From assembly GCA_964016885.1 (NCBI GenBank), contig OZ024741.1, forward strand, positions 262,508,001 to 262,572,000: 64,000 bases of DNA. Direction: 5' to 3'. The position numbers and the translations under genes were made by a program. Below are positions 40,103 through 52,579 of the stretch, in pieces; positions within the stretch are counted from its first letter, which is position 1, and each line of letters begins with the position of its first letter. The stretch is from Eledone cirrhosa. Taxonomy: Eukaryota. Under the pieces are notes generated by a model that was not told where the DNA came from, did no database searches, and worked only from the letters and a program-made list of their open reading frames with translations.

Positions 40103-43100
40103 TTACGAATGTTTCGACTTACGAGTGTTTCGACTTACGAGTGTTTCGGCTTACGAGTGTTTTGACTTACGAGATTTTTTACTTACGGGTGTTTCGACTC
40201 ACGCGTGTTTCGGCTTACGAATGTTTTGACTTACGAGTGTTTTGACTTACGGGTGTTTTGACATACGAGTGTTTCGATACGAGTGTTTCGACTTACGAGT
40301 GTTTCGGCTTACGAGTGTTTCGGCTCACGAGTGTTTCGACTTAAGAGTGTTTCGACTTACGAGTGTTTCGACTTACGAGTGTTTCGACTTACGTGTGCTT
40401 TTGCCATACGGGTGTTTCGGTTTACGAGTGTTTCGACTTACGAGTGTTCTGACTTACGAGTGTTCCGACTTACGAGTGTTTCGACTTACGAGTGTTTCGA
40501 CTTACGAGTGTTCCGACCTATGAGTGTTTCGGCTTACGGGTGTTCCGACCTACGAGTGTTTCGACTGACGAGTGTTTTGACTTACGATTGTTTCGGCTTA
40601 CGAGTGTTTCGACTTACGAGTGTTTCGACTTACGAGTGTTCTGACTTACGAGTGTTCTGACTTACGAGTGTTCCGACTTACGAGTGTTTCGGCTTACGAG
40701 TGTTTCGACATGCGAGTGTTTTGACTTACGGATGTTTCGACTTACGGGTGTTTCAACTCACGAGTGTTTCTACTTGCGAGTGTTTCGACTTACGAGTGTT
40801 CCGACTTACGAGTGTTTTGACTTACGAGTGTTCCGACTTACGAGTGTTTCGGCTTACGAGTGTTTCGGCTCACGAGTTTTTCGACTTACGAGTGTTTTGA
40901 ATTACGAATGTTTTGCCTTACGGGTGTTTCGGTTTACGAGTGTTTTGACTTACGAGTATTCTGACTTACGAGTGTTCCGACTTACGGGTGTTTCGACTTA
41001 CGAGTGTTTCGACTTACGAGTGTTCCGACCTACGAGGGTTTCGGCTTACGGGTGTTCCGACTTACGAGTATTTTCGGCTTACGAGTGTTTCGACTTACGA
41101 GTGTTTTGTCTTACGATTGTTTCGGCTTACGAGTGTTTCGACTTACGAGTGTTTTGACTTACGGTGTTTCGGTTTACGCGTGTTTCGACTTACGAGTGTT
41201 TTGACTTACGGGTGTTTTGACATACGAGTGTTTCGATACGAGTGTTCTGACTTACGAGTGTTCTGACTTACGAGTGTTCTGACTTACGAGTGTTCTGACT
41301 TACGGGTGTTCTGACTTACGAGTGTTCCGACTTACGAGTGTTTCGGCTTATGAGTGTTTCGGCTTACGTGCGTTTCGACTACGAGTGTTTCGACTTACGA
41401 ATGTTTTTGCTTACGAGTGTTTCGACTTACGAATGTTTTTGCTTACGAGTGTTCTGACTTACGAGTGTTTTGACTTACGAGTGTTCCGACTTACGAGTGT
41501 TTTGGTTTACGTGTGTTTCGACTTACGAATGTTTCGGCTTACGAGTGTTTCGACTTACGAGTGTTCCGACCTACGAGTGTTTCGGCTACGGATGTTCCGA
41601 CTTACGAGTATTTTCGGCTTACGAGTGTTTTGACTTACGATTGTTTTGACTTACGATTGTTTCGGCTTACGAGTGTTTCGACTTACGTGTGTTTCGATTT
41701 ACGAGTGTTTTGACTTAAGAATATTTTGACTTACGGGTGTTTCGGCTTACGAGTGTTTCGACTTACGAGTGTTTCGGCTTACGAGTGTTACGGCTTATGA
41801 GTGTTTTGACTTAAGGGTGTTTCGACGAGTGTTTCGATACGAGTGTTTCGACTTACGGGTGTTCTGACTTACGAGTGTTCTGATTTACGGATGTTTCGAA
41901 TTATGAGTGTTTCGATACGAGTGTTTCGACTTACGAGTGTTTCGACTACGAGTGTTTTGACTTACGAGTGTTCTGACTTACGAGTGTTCTGACTTACGGG
42001 TGTTCTGACTTACGAGTGTTCCGACTTACGCGTGTTTCGGCTTATGAGTGTTTCGGCTTACGAGCGTTTCGACTAGGAGTGTTTCGACTTACGAATGTTT
42101 TTGCTAACGAGTGTTTCGACTTACGAGTGTTTCGACTTACAAGTGTTTCGACTTACGAGTGTTTTGACTTACGGTGTTTCGGCTAACGAGTGTTTCAACA
42201 TACGAGTGTTTTGACTTACCGGTGTTTCGACTTACGGGTGTTTCGACTTACGAGAGTTTCAACTTACGAGTGTTCTGACTTACGAGTGTTCTGACTTACG
42301 AGTGTTCCGACTTGCGAGTGTTTCGGCCTACGAGTGTTTCGGCATGCTAGTTTTTTGACTTACGGATGTTTCGACTTACGGGTGTTTCGACTCACGAGTG
42401 TTTCTACTTACGAGTGTTTCGACTTACGAGTGTTCCGACTTACGAGTGTTTTGACTTACGAGTGTTCCGACTTACGAGTGTTTCGGCTTACGAGTGTTTC
42501 GGCTCACGAGTGTTCCGACTTACGAGTGTTCCGACTTACGAGTGTTTCGGCTACGGATGTTCCGACTTACGAGTATTTTCGGCTTACGAGTGTTTTGACT
42601 TACGATTGTTTTGACTTACGGGTATTTCGGCTTACGAGTGTTTCGACTTACGAGTGTTTCGACTTACGAATGTTTCGGCTTACGAGTGTTTCGACTTACG
42701 AGTGTTTTGACTTACGGGTGTTTCGACTTACGAGTGTTTTGGTTTACGTGTGTTTCGACTTACGAATGTTTCGGCTTACGAGTGTTTCGACTTACGAGTG
42801 TTTAAACTTACGAGTGTTTTGACTTACGGGTGTTTCGACTTACGAGTGTTTTGGTTTACGTGTGTTTCGACTTACGAATGTTTCGACTTACGAGTGTTTT
42901 GACTTACGATTGTTTCGGCTTACGAGTGTTTCGACTTACGAGTGTTTCGGCTTACGAGTGTTTCGGCTTACGAGTGTTTTGACTTAAGGGTGTTTCGACG
43001 AGTGTTTCGATACGAGTGTTTCGACTTACGGGTGTTCTGACTTACGAGTGTTCTGATTTACGGATGTTTCGACTTATGAGTGTTTCGACTACGAGTGTTT

Positions 43101-44490
43101 CGACTACGAGTGTTTCGACTTACGAGTGTTCTGACTTACGAGTGTTCTGACTTACGGGTGTTCTGACTTACGAGTGTTCCGACTTACGAGTGTTTCGGCT
43201 TATGAGTGTTTCGGCTTACGAGCGTTTCGACTACGAGTGTTTCGACTTACGAATGTTTTTCCTTACGAGTGTTTCGACTTACGAATGTTTTTGCTTACGA
43301 GTGTTTCGGCTTACGAGTGTTTCGACTTACAAGTGTTTCGACTTACGAGTGTTTTGTCTTACGGTATTTCGGCTTACGAGTGTTTCGACATACCAGTGTT
43401 TTGACTTACCGGTGTTTCGACTTACGGATGTTTCGACTTACGGGTGTTTCGACTCACGAGTGTTTCTACTTACGAGTGTTTCGACTTACGAGTGTTCCGA
43501 CTTACGAGTGTTTTGACTTACGAGTGTTCCGACTTACGAGTGTTTCGGCTTACGAGTGTTTCGGCTCACGAGTGTTTCGACTTACGAGTGTTTTGAATTA
43601 CGAATGTTTTGCCTTACGGGTGTTTCGGTTTACGGGTGTTTTGACTTACGAGTGTTCTGACTTACGAGTGTTCCGGCTTACGAGTGTTTCGGCTTACGAG
43701 TGTTTTGGTTTACGTGTGTTTCGACTTACGAATGTTTCGGCTTACGAGTGTTTCGACTTACGAGTGTTCAGACCTACGAGTGTTTCGGCTACGGATGTTC
43801 CGACTTACGGGTGTTTCGGCTTATGAGTGTTTCGAATTACGAGTGTTTTGACTTACGGGTGTTTCGACTTACGAGTGTTTTGGTTTACGTGTGTTTCGAC
43901 TTACGAATGTTTCGGCTTACGAGTGTTTCGACTTACGAGTGTTTAAACTTACGAGTGTTTTGACTTACGGGTGTTTCGACTTACGAGTGTTTCGGCTTAC
44001 GAGTGTTTCGGCTTACGAGTGTTTTGACTTAAGGGTGTTTCGACGAGTGTTTCGATACGAGTGTTTTGACTTACGATTGTTTCGGCTTACGAGTGTTTCG
44101 ACTTACGAGTGTTTTGACTTACGATTGTTTCGACTTACGAGTGTTTTGACTTACGAGTATTTCGGCTTATGAGTGTTTCGACTTACGAGTGTTTTGACTT
44201 ACGGGTGTTTCGACTACGAGTGTTTCGACTTACGAGTGTTCTGACTTACGAGTGTTCTGACTTACGAGTGTTCCGACTTACGAGTGTTTCGGCTTACGAG
44301 TGTTTCGGCTTACGTGTGTTTCTTCTTACGAGTGTTTCGACTTACGAGTGTTCCGACTTACGAGTGTTTCGACCTACGAGTGTTCTGACTTATGAGTGTT
44401 CTGACTTACGAGTGTTCTGACTTACGAGTGTTCCGACTTACGAGTGTTTCGGCTCACGAGTGTTTCGGCTTACGAGTGTTTCGACTACGA

Positions 44491-44567
44491 AAATAACAAA
44501 TAGACGCGGTTTCAAATCTCTATGCTTTTCAAGTTCATTACATTAATCTTTATTTATACGTTTCGCT
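44491..44567 (+). repeat. AT-rich interspersed element, copy 14 (CAAGTTC variant)
   Basis: Same element; ATG at 44522. Confidence 0.95.
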
Positions 44568-45899
44568 TTACGAATGTTTCGACTTACGAGTGTTTCGACT
44601 TACGAGTGTTTCGGCTTACGAGTGTTTCGGCTCACGAGTGTTTCGACTTAAGAGTGTTTCGACTAAACGAGTGTTTCGACTTACGAGTGTTTTTGCCATA
44701 CGGGTGTTTCGGTTTACGAGTGTTTCGACTTACGAGTGTTCTGACTTACGAGTGTTCCGACTTACGAGTGTTTCGACTTACGAGTGTTTCGACTTACGAG
44801 TGTTCCGACCTACGAGTGTTTCGGCTTACGGGTGTTCCGACCTACGAGTGTTTCGACTGACGAGTGTTTTGACTTACGACTGTTTCGGCTTACGAGTGTT
44901 TCGACTTACGAGTGTTTCGACTTACGAGTGTTCTGACTTACGAGTGTTCTGACTTACGAGTGTTCCGACTTACGAGTGTTTCGGCTTACGAGTGTTTCGA
45001 CATGCGAGTGTTTTGACTTACGGATGTATCGACTTACGGGTGTTTCGACTCACGAGTGTTTCTACTTACGCGTGTTTCGACTTACGAGTGTTTCGACTTA
45101 CGAGTGTTTTGACTTACGAGTGTTCCGACTTACGAGTGTTTCGGCTTACGAGTGTTTCGGCTCACGAGTTTTTCGACTTACGAGTGTTTTGAATTACGAA
45201 TGTTTTGCCTTACGGGTGTTTCGGTTTACGAGTGTTTTGACTTACGAGTATTCTGACTTACGAGTGTTCCGACTTACGGGTGTTTCGACTTACGAGTGTT
45301 TCGACTTACGAGTGTTCCGACCTACGAGGGTTTCGGCTTACGGGTGTTCCGACTTACGAGTATTTTCGGCTTACGAGTGTTTCGACTTACGAGTGTTTTG
45401 TCTTACGATTGTTTCGGCTTACGAGTGTTTCGACTTACGAGTGTTTTGACTTACGGGTGTTTTGACATACGAGTGTTTCGATACGAGTGTTCTGACTTAC
45501 GAGTGTTCTGACTTACGAGTGTTCTGACTTACGGGTGTTCTGACTTACGAGTGTTCCGACTTACGAGTGTTTCGGCTTATGAGTGTTTCGACTTACGAGC
45601 GTTTCGACTACGAGTGTTTCGACTTACGAATGTTTTTGCTTACGAGTGTTTCGACTTACGAATGTTTTTGCTTACGAATGTTTTTGCTTACGAGTGTTCT
45701 GACTTACGAGTGTTTTGACTTACGAGTGTTCCGACTTACGACTGTTTTGGTTTACGTGTGTTTCGACTTACGAATGTTTCGGCTTACGAGTGTTTCGACT
45801 TACGAGTGTTCCGACCTACGAGTGTTTCGGCTACGGATGTTCCGACTTACGAGTATTTTCGGCTTACGAGTGTTTTGACTTACGATTGTTTTGACTTAC

Positions 45900-47470
45900 G
45901 ACGTTTCGGCTTACGAGTGTTTCGACATACGAGTGTTTCGATTTACGAGTGTTTTGACTTAAGAATATTTTGACTTACGGGTGTTTCGGCTTACGAGTGT
46001 TTCGACTTACGAGTGTTTTGACTTACGGGTGTTTCGACTTACGAGTGTTTTGGTTTACGTGTGTCTCGACTTACGAATGTTTCGGCTTACGAGTGTTTCG
46101 ACTTACTAGTGTTTCGACTTACGGTTGTTCTGACTTACTGGTATTCCGACTTACGAGTGATTTGGCATACGAGTGTTTCGACTTACGAGTGTTTTCTGCT
46201 TACGAGTGTTTCGACTTACGAGTGTTTTGACTTACGATTGTTTCGGCTTACGAGTGTTTCGACTTACGAGTGTTTCGGCTTACGAGTGTTTCGGCTTATG
46301 AGTGTTTTGACTTAAAGGTGTTTCGACGAGTGTTTCGATACGAGTGTTTCGACTTACGGGTGTTCTGACTTACGAGTGTTCTGATTTACGGATGTTTCGA
46401 ATTATGAGTGTTTCGACTACGAGTGTTTCGACTTACGAGTGTTTCGACTACGAGTGTTTTGACTTACGAGTGTTCTGACTTACGAGTGTTCTGACTTACG
46501 GGTGTTCTGACTTACGAGTGTTCCGACTTACGAGTGTTTCGGCTTATGAGTGTTTCGGCTTACGAGCGTTTCGACTAGGAGTGTTTCGACTTACGAATGT
46601 TTTTGCTAACGAGTGTTTCGACTTACAAGTGTTTCGACTTACGAGCGTTTTGACTTACGGTGTTTCGGCTTACGAGTGTTTCGACATACGAGTGTTTTGA
46701 CTTACCGGTGTTTCGACTTACGGGTGTTTCGACTTACGAGAGTTTCGACTTACGAGTGCTCTGACTTACGAGTGTTCTGACTTACGAGTGTTCCGACTTG
46801 CGGGTGTTCTGACTTACGAGTGTTCCGACTTACGAGTGTTTCGACTTATGAGTGTTTCGGCTTACGAGCGTTTCGACTACGAGTGTTTCGACTTACGAAT
46901 GTTTTTGCTTACGAGTGTTTCGACTTACGAATGTTTTTGCTTACGAATGTTTTTGCTTACGAGTGTTCTGACTTACGAGTGTTTTGACTTACGAGTGTTC
47001 CGACTTACGAGTGTTTTGGTTTACGTGTGTTTCGACTTACGAATGTTTCGGCTTACGAGTGTTTCGACTTACGAGTGTTCCGACCTACGAGTGTTTCGGC
47101 TACGGATGTTCCGACTTACGAGTATTTTCGGCTTACGAGTGTTTCGACTTACGAGTGTTTTGACTTACGGGTGTTTCGACTTACGAGTGTTTTGGTTTAC
47201 GTGTGTTTCGACTTACGAATGTTTCGGCTTACGAGTGTTTCGACTTACGAGTGTTTCGACTTACGGTTGTTCTGACTTACGGGTATTCCGACTTACGAGT
47301 GATTTGGCATACGAGTGTTTCGACTTACGAGTGTTTTCGGCTAACGAGTGTTTCGACTTACGAGTGTTTTGACTTACGATTGTTTCGGCTTACGAGTGTT
47401 TCGACTTACGAGTGTTTCGGCTTACGAGTGTTTCGTCTTATGAGTGTTTTGACTTAAGGGTGTTTCGACG
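45900..47470 (+). repeat. Long-range copy of ~3100-4670, offset 42801 bp
   Basis: ORF pairs 3169/45970, 3260/46061, 3987/46788, 4402/47203; shared rare variants GTGTCTCGAC, CTTACTGGTATTCC, CTTAAAGGTG. Confidence 0.88.
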
Positions 47471-50400
47471 AGTGTTTCGATACGAGTGTTTCGACTTACG
47501 GGTGTTCTGACTTACGAGTGTTCTGATTTACGGATGTTTCGAATTATGAGTGTTTCGACTACGAGTGTTTCGACTTACGAGTGTTTCGACTACGAGTGTT
47601 TCGACTTACGAGTGTTCTGACTTACGAGTGTTCTGACTTACGGGTGTTCTGACTTACGAGTGTTCCGACTTACGAGTGTTTCGGCTTACGAGCGTTTCGA
47701 CTACGAGTGTTTCGACTTACGAATGTTTTTGCTTACGAGTGTTTCGGCTTACGAGTGTTTCGACTTACAAGTGTTTCGACTTACGAGTGTTTTGACTTAC
47801 GGTGTTTCGGCTTACGAGTGTTTCGACATACGAGTGTTTCGACATACCGGTGTTTCGACTTACGGGTGTTTCGACTTACGAGAGTTTCGACTTACGAGTG
47901 TTCTGACTTACGAGTGTTCTGACTTACGAGTGTTCCGACTTGCGAGTGTTTCGGCTTACGAGTGTTTCGACATGCGAGTTTTTTGACTTACGGATGTTTC
48001 GACTTACGGGTGTTTCGACTCACGAGTGTTTCTACTTACGAGTGTTTCGACTTACGAGTGTTCCGACTTACGAGTGTTTTTTGACTTACGAGTGTTCCGA
48101 CTTACGAGTGTTTCGGCTTACGAGTGTTTCGGCTCACGAGTGTTTCGACTTACGAGTGTTCCGACTTACGAGTGTTTCGGCTACGGATGTTCCGACTTAC
48201 GAGTATTTTCGGCTTACGAGTGTTTTGACTTACGATTGTTTTGACTTACGGGTATTTCGGCTTACGAGTGTTTCGACTTACGGTTGTTCTGACTTACGGG
48301 TATTCCGACTTACGATTGATTTGGCATACGAGTGTTTCGACTTACGAGTGTTTTCGGCTTACGAGTGTTTCGACTTACGAGTGTTTTGACTTACGATTGT
48401 TTCGGCTTGCGAGTGTTTCGACTTACGAGTGTTTCGGCTTACGAGTGTTTCGTCTTATGAGTGTTTTGACTTAAGGGTGTTTCGACGAGTGTTTCGATAC
48501 GAGTGTTTCGACTTACGGGTGTTCTGACTTACGAGTGTTCTGATTTACGGATGTTTCGAATTATGAGTGTTTCGACTACGAGTGTTTCGACTTACGAGTG
48601 TTTCGACTACGAGTGTTTCGACTTACGAGTGTTCTGACTTACGAGTGTTCTGACTTACGGGTGTTCTGACTTACGAGTGTTTCGACTTACGAGTGTTTCG
48701 GCTTATGAGTGTTTCGGCTTACGAGCGTTTCGACTACGAGTGTTTCGACTTACGAATGTTTTTGCTAACGAGTGTTTCGACTTACGAATGTTTTTGCTTA
48801 CGAGTGTTTCGGCTTACGAGTGTTTCGACTTACAAGTGTTTCGACTTACGAGTGTTTTGACTTACGGTGTTTCGGCTTACGAGTGTTTCGACATACGAGT
48901 GTTTTGACTTACCGGTGTTTCGACTTACGGGTGTTTCGACTTACGAGAGTTTCGACTTACGAGTGTTCTGACTTACGAGTGTTCTGACTTACGAGTGTTC
49001 CGACTTGCGAGTGTTTCGGCTTACGAGTGTTTCGACATGCGAGTTTTTTTACTTACGGATGTTTCGACTTACGGGTGTTTCGACTCACGAGTGTTTCTAC
49101 TTACGAGTGTTTCGACTTACGAGTGTTCCGACTTACGAGTGTTTTGACTTACGAGTGTTCCGACTTACGAGTGTTTCGGCTTACGAGTGTTTCGGCTCAC
49201 GAGTGTTTCGACTTACGAGTGTTTTGAATTACGAATGTTTTGCCTTACGGGTGTTTCGGTTTACGAGTGTTTTGACTTACGAGTGTTCTGACTTACGAGT
49301 GTTCCGGCTTACGAGTGTTTCGGCTTACGAGTGTTTCGACTTACGAGTGTTCCGACCTACGAGTGTTTCGGCTACGGATGTTCCGACTTACGAGTATTTT
49401 CGGCTTACGAGTGTTTTGACTTACGATTGTTTTGACTTACGGGTGTTTCGGCTTACGAGTGTTTCGACTTACGAGTGTTTCGACTTACGAGTGTTTTGAC
49501 TTACGGGTGTTTTGACATGCGAGTGTTTCGATACGAGTGTTTCGACTTACGAGTGTTCTGACTTACGAATGTTTCGACTAACGAGTGTTTCGACTTACGA
49601 GTGTTTCGGCTTACGAGTGTTTCGGCTCAGGAGTGTTTCGACTTAAGAGTGTTTCGACTTACGAGTGTTTCGACTTACGAGTGTTTCGACTTACGAGTGT
49701 TTCGACATACGAGTGCTTTTGCCATACGGGTGTTTCGGTTTACGAGTGTTTCGACTTACAAGTGTTCTGACTTACGAGTGTTCCGACTTACGAGTGTTTC
49801 GACTTACGAGTGTTTCGGCTTAAGAGTGTTTCGACATGCGAGTTTTTTGACTTACGGATGTTTCGACTTACGGGTGTTTCGACTCACGAGTGTTTCTACT
49901 TACGAGTGTTTCGACTTACGAGTGTTCCGACTTACGAGTGTTTTGACTTACGAGTGTTCCGACTTACGAGTGTTTCGGCTTACGAGTGTTTCGGCTCTCG
50001 AGTTTTTCGACTTAAGAGTGTTTTGAATTACGAATGTTTTGCCTTACGGGTGTTTCGGTTTACGAGTGTTTTGACTTACGAGTATTCTGACTTACGAGTG
50101 TTCCGACTTACGGGTGTTTCGACTTACGAGTGTTTCGACATACGAGTGTTCCGACCTACGAGGGTTTCGGCTTACGAGTGTTTCGGCTTATGAGTGTTTC
50201 GGCTTACGAGCGTTTCGACTACGAGTGTTTCGACTTACGAATGTTTTTGCTTACGAGTGTTTCGACTTACGAATGTTTTTGCTTACGAATGTTTTTACTT
50301 ACGAGTGTTCTGACTTACGAGTGTTTTGACTTACGAGTGTTCCGACTTACGACTGTTTTGGTTTACGTGTGTTTCGACTTACGAATGTGTCGGCTTACGA

Positions 50401-52502
50401 GTGTTTCGACTTACGAGTGTTCCGACCTACGAGTGTTTCGGCTACGGATGTTCCGACTTACGAGTATTTTCGGCTTACGAGTGTTTTGACTTACGATTGT
50501 TTTGACTTACGAGTGTTTTGACTTAAGAATATTTTGACTTACGGGTGTTTCGGCTTACGAGTGTTTCGACTTACGAGTGTTTTGGTTTACGGGTATTCCG
50601 ACTTACGAGTGATTTGGCATACGAGTGTTTCGACTTACGAGTGTTTTCGGCTTACGAGTGTTTCGACTTACGAGTGTTTTGACTTACGATTGTTTCGGCT
50701 TACGAGTGTTTCGACTTACGAGTGTTTAGGCTTACGAGTGTTTCGGCTTATGAGTGTTTTGACTTAAGGGTGTTTCGACGAGTGTTTCGATACTAGTGTT
50801 TCGACTTACGGGTGTTCTGACTTACGAGTGTTCTGATTTACGGATGTTTCGTATTATGAGTGTTTCGACTACGAGTGTTTCGACTACGGATGTTCCGACT
50901 TACGAGTGTTTCGACTTACGAGTGTTTTGACTTACGGGTGTTTCGACTTACGAGATTTTTTACTTACGGGTGTTTCGACTTACGCGTGTTTCGGCTTACG
51001 AATGTTTTGACTTACGAGTGTTTTGACTTACGGGTGTTTTGACATGCGAGTGTTTCGATACGAGTGTTTCGACTTACGATTGTTCTGACTTACGAGTGTT
51101 TCGACTTACGAGTGTTTCGACTTACGAGTGTTTCGACTTACGAGTGTTTGCACTTACGAGTGCTTTTGCCATACGGGTGTTTCGGTTTACGAGTGTTTCG
51201 ACTTACGAGTGTTCTGACTTACGAGTGTTCCGACTTACGAGTGTTTCGACTTACGAGTGTTTCGGCTTAAGAGTGTTTCGACATGCGAGTGTTTAGAATT
51301 ACGGATGTTTCGACTTACTGGTGTTTCGACTCACGAGTGTTTCTACTTACGAGTGTTTCGACTTACGAGTGTTCCGACTTACGAGTGTTTTGACTTACGA
51401 GTGTTCCGACTTACGAGTGTTTCGGCTTACGAGTGTTTCGGCTCACGAGTTTTTCGACTTAAGAGTGTTTTGAATTACGAATGTTTTGCCTTACGGGTGT
51501 TTCGGTTTACGAGTGTTTTGACTTACGAGTATTCTGACTTACGAGTGTTCCGACTTACGGGTGTTTCGACTTACGAGTGTTTCGACATACGAGTGTTCCG
51601 ACCTACGAGGGTTTCGACTTACGGGTGTTCCGACTTACGAGTATTTTCGACTTACGAGTGTTTCGACTTACGAGTGTTTTGGCTTACGGGTGTTTTGACA
51701 TACTAGTGTTTCGATACGAGTGTTCTGACTTACGAGTGTTCCGACTTACGAGTGTTTCGGCTTATGAGTGTTTCGGCTTACGAGCGTTTCGACTACGAGT
51801 GTTTCGACTTACGAATGTTTTTGCTTACGAGTGTTTCGACTTACGAATGTTTTTGCTTACGAATGTTTTTGCTTACGAGTGTTCTGACTTACGAGTGTTT
51901 TGACTTACGAGTGTTCCGACTTACGAGTGTTTTGGTTTACGTGTGTTTCGACTTACGAATGTTTCGGCTTACGAGTGTTTCGACTTACGAGTGTTCCGAC
52001 CTACGAGTGTTTCGGCTACGGATGTTCCGACTTACGAGTGTTCTGACTTACGAGTGTTCCGACTTGCGAGTGTTTCGGCTTACGAGTGTTTCGACATGCG
52101 AGTGTTTTGACTTACGGATGTTTTGACTTACGGGTGTTTCGACTCACGAGTGTTTCTGCTTACGAGTGTTTCGACTTACGAGTGTTCCGACTTACGAGTG
52201 TTTTGACTTACGAGTGTTCCGACTTACGAGTGTTTCGGCTTACGAGTGTTTCGGCTCACGAGTGTTTCGACTTACGAGTGTTTCGACTTACGAGTGTTTC
52301 GACTTACGAGTGCATTTGCCATACGGGTGTTTCGGTTTACGAGTGTTTCGGCTTACGAGTGTTTCGGCTCACGAGTGTTCTTACTTACGAGTGTTCTGAC
52401 TTACGAGTGTTCTGACTTACGAGTGTTCTGACTTACGAGTGTTCCGACTTACGAGTGTTTCGGCTCACGAGTGTTTCGGCTTACGAGTGTTTCGACTTAC
52501 GA

Positions 52503-52579
52503 AAATAACAAATAGACGCGGTTTCAAATCTCTATGCTTTTCAAATTCATTACATTAATCTTTATTTATACGTTTCGCT
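52503..52579 (+). repeat. AT-rich interspersed element, copy 15
   Basis: Same element; ATG at 52534. Confidence 0.95.
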
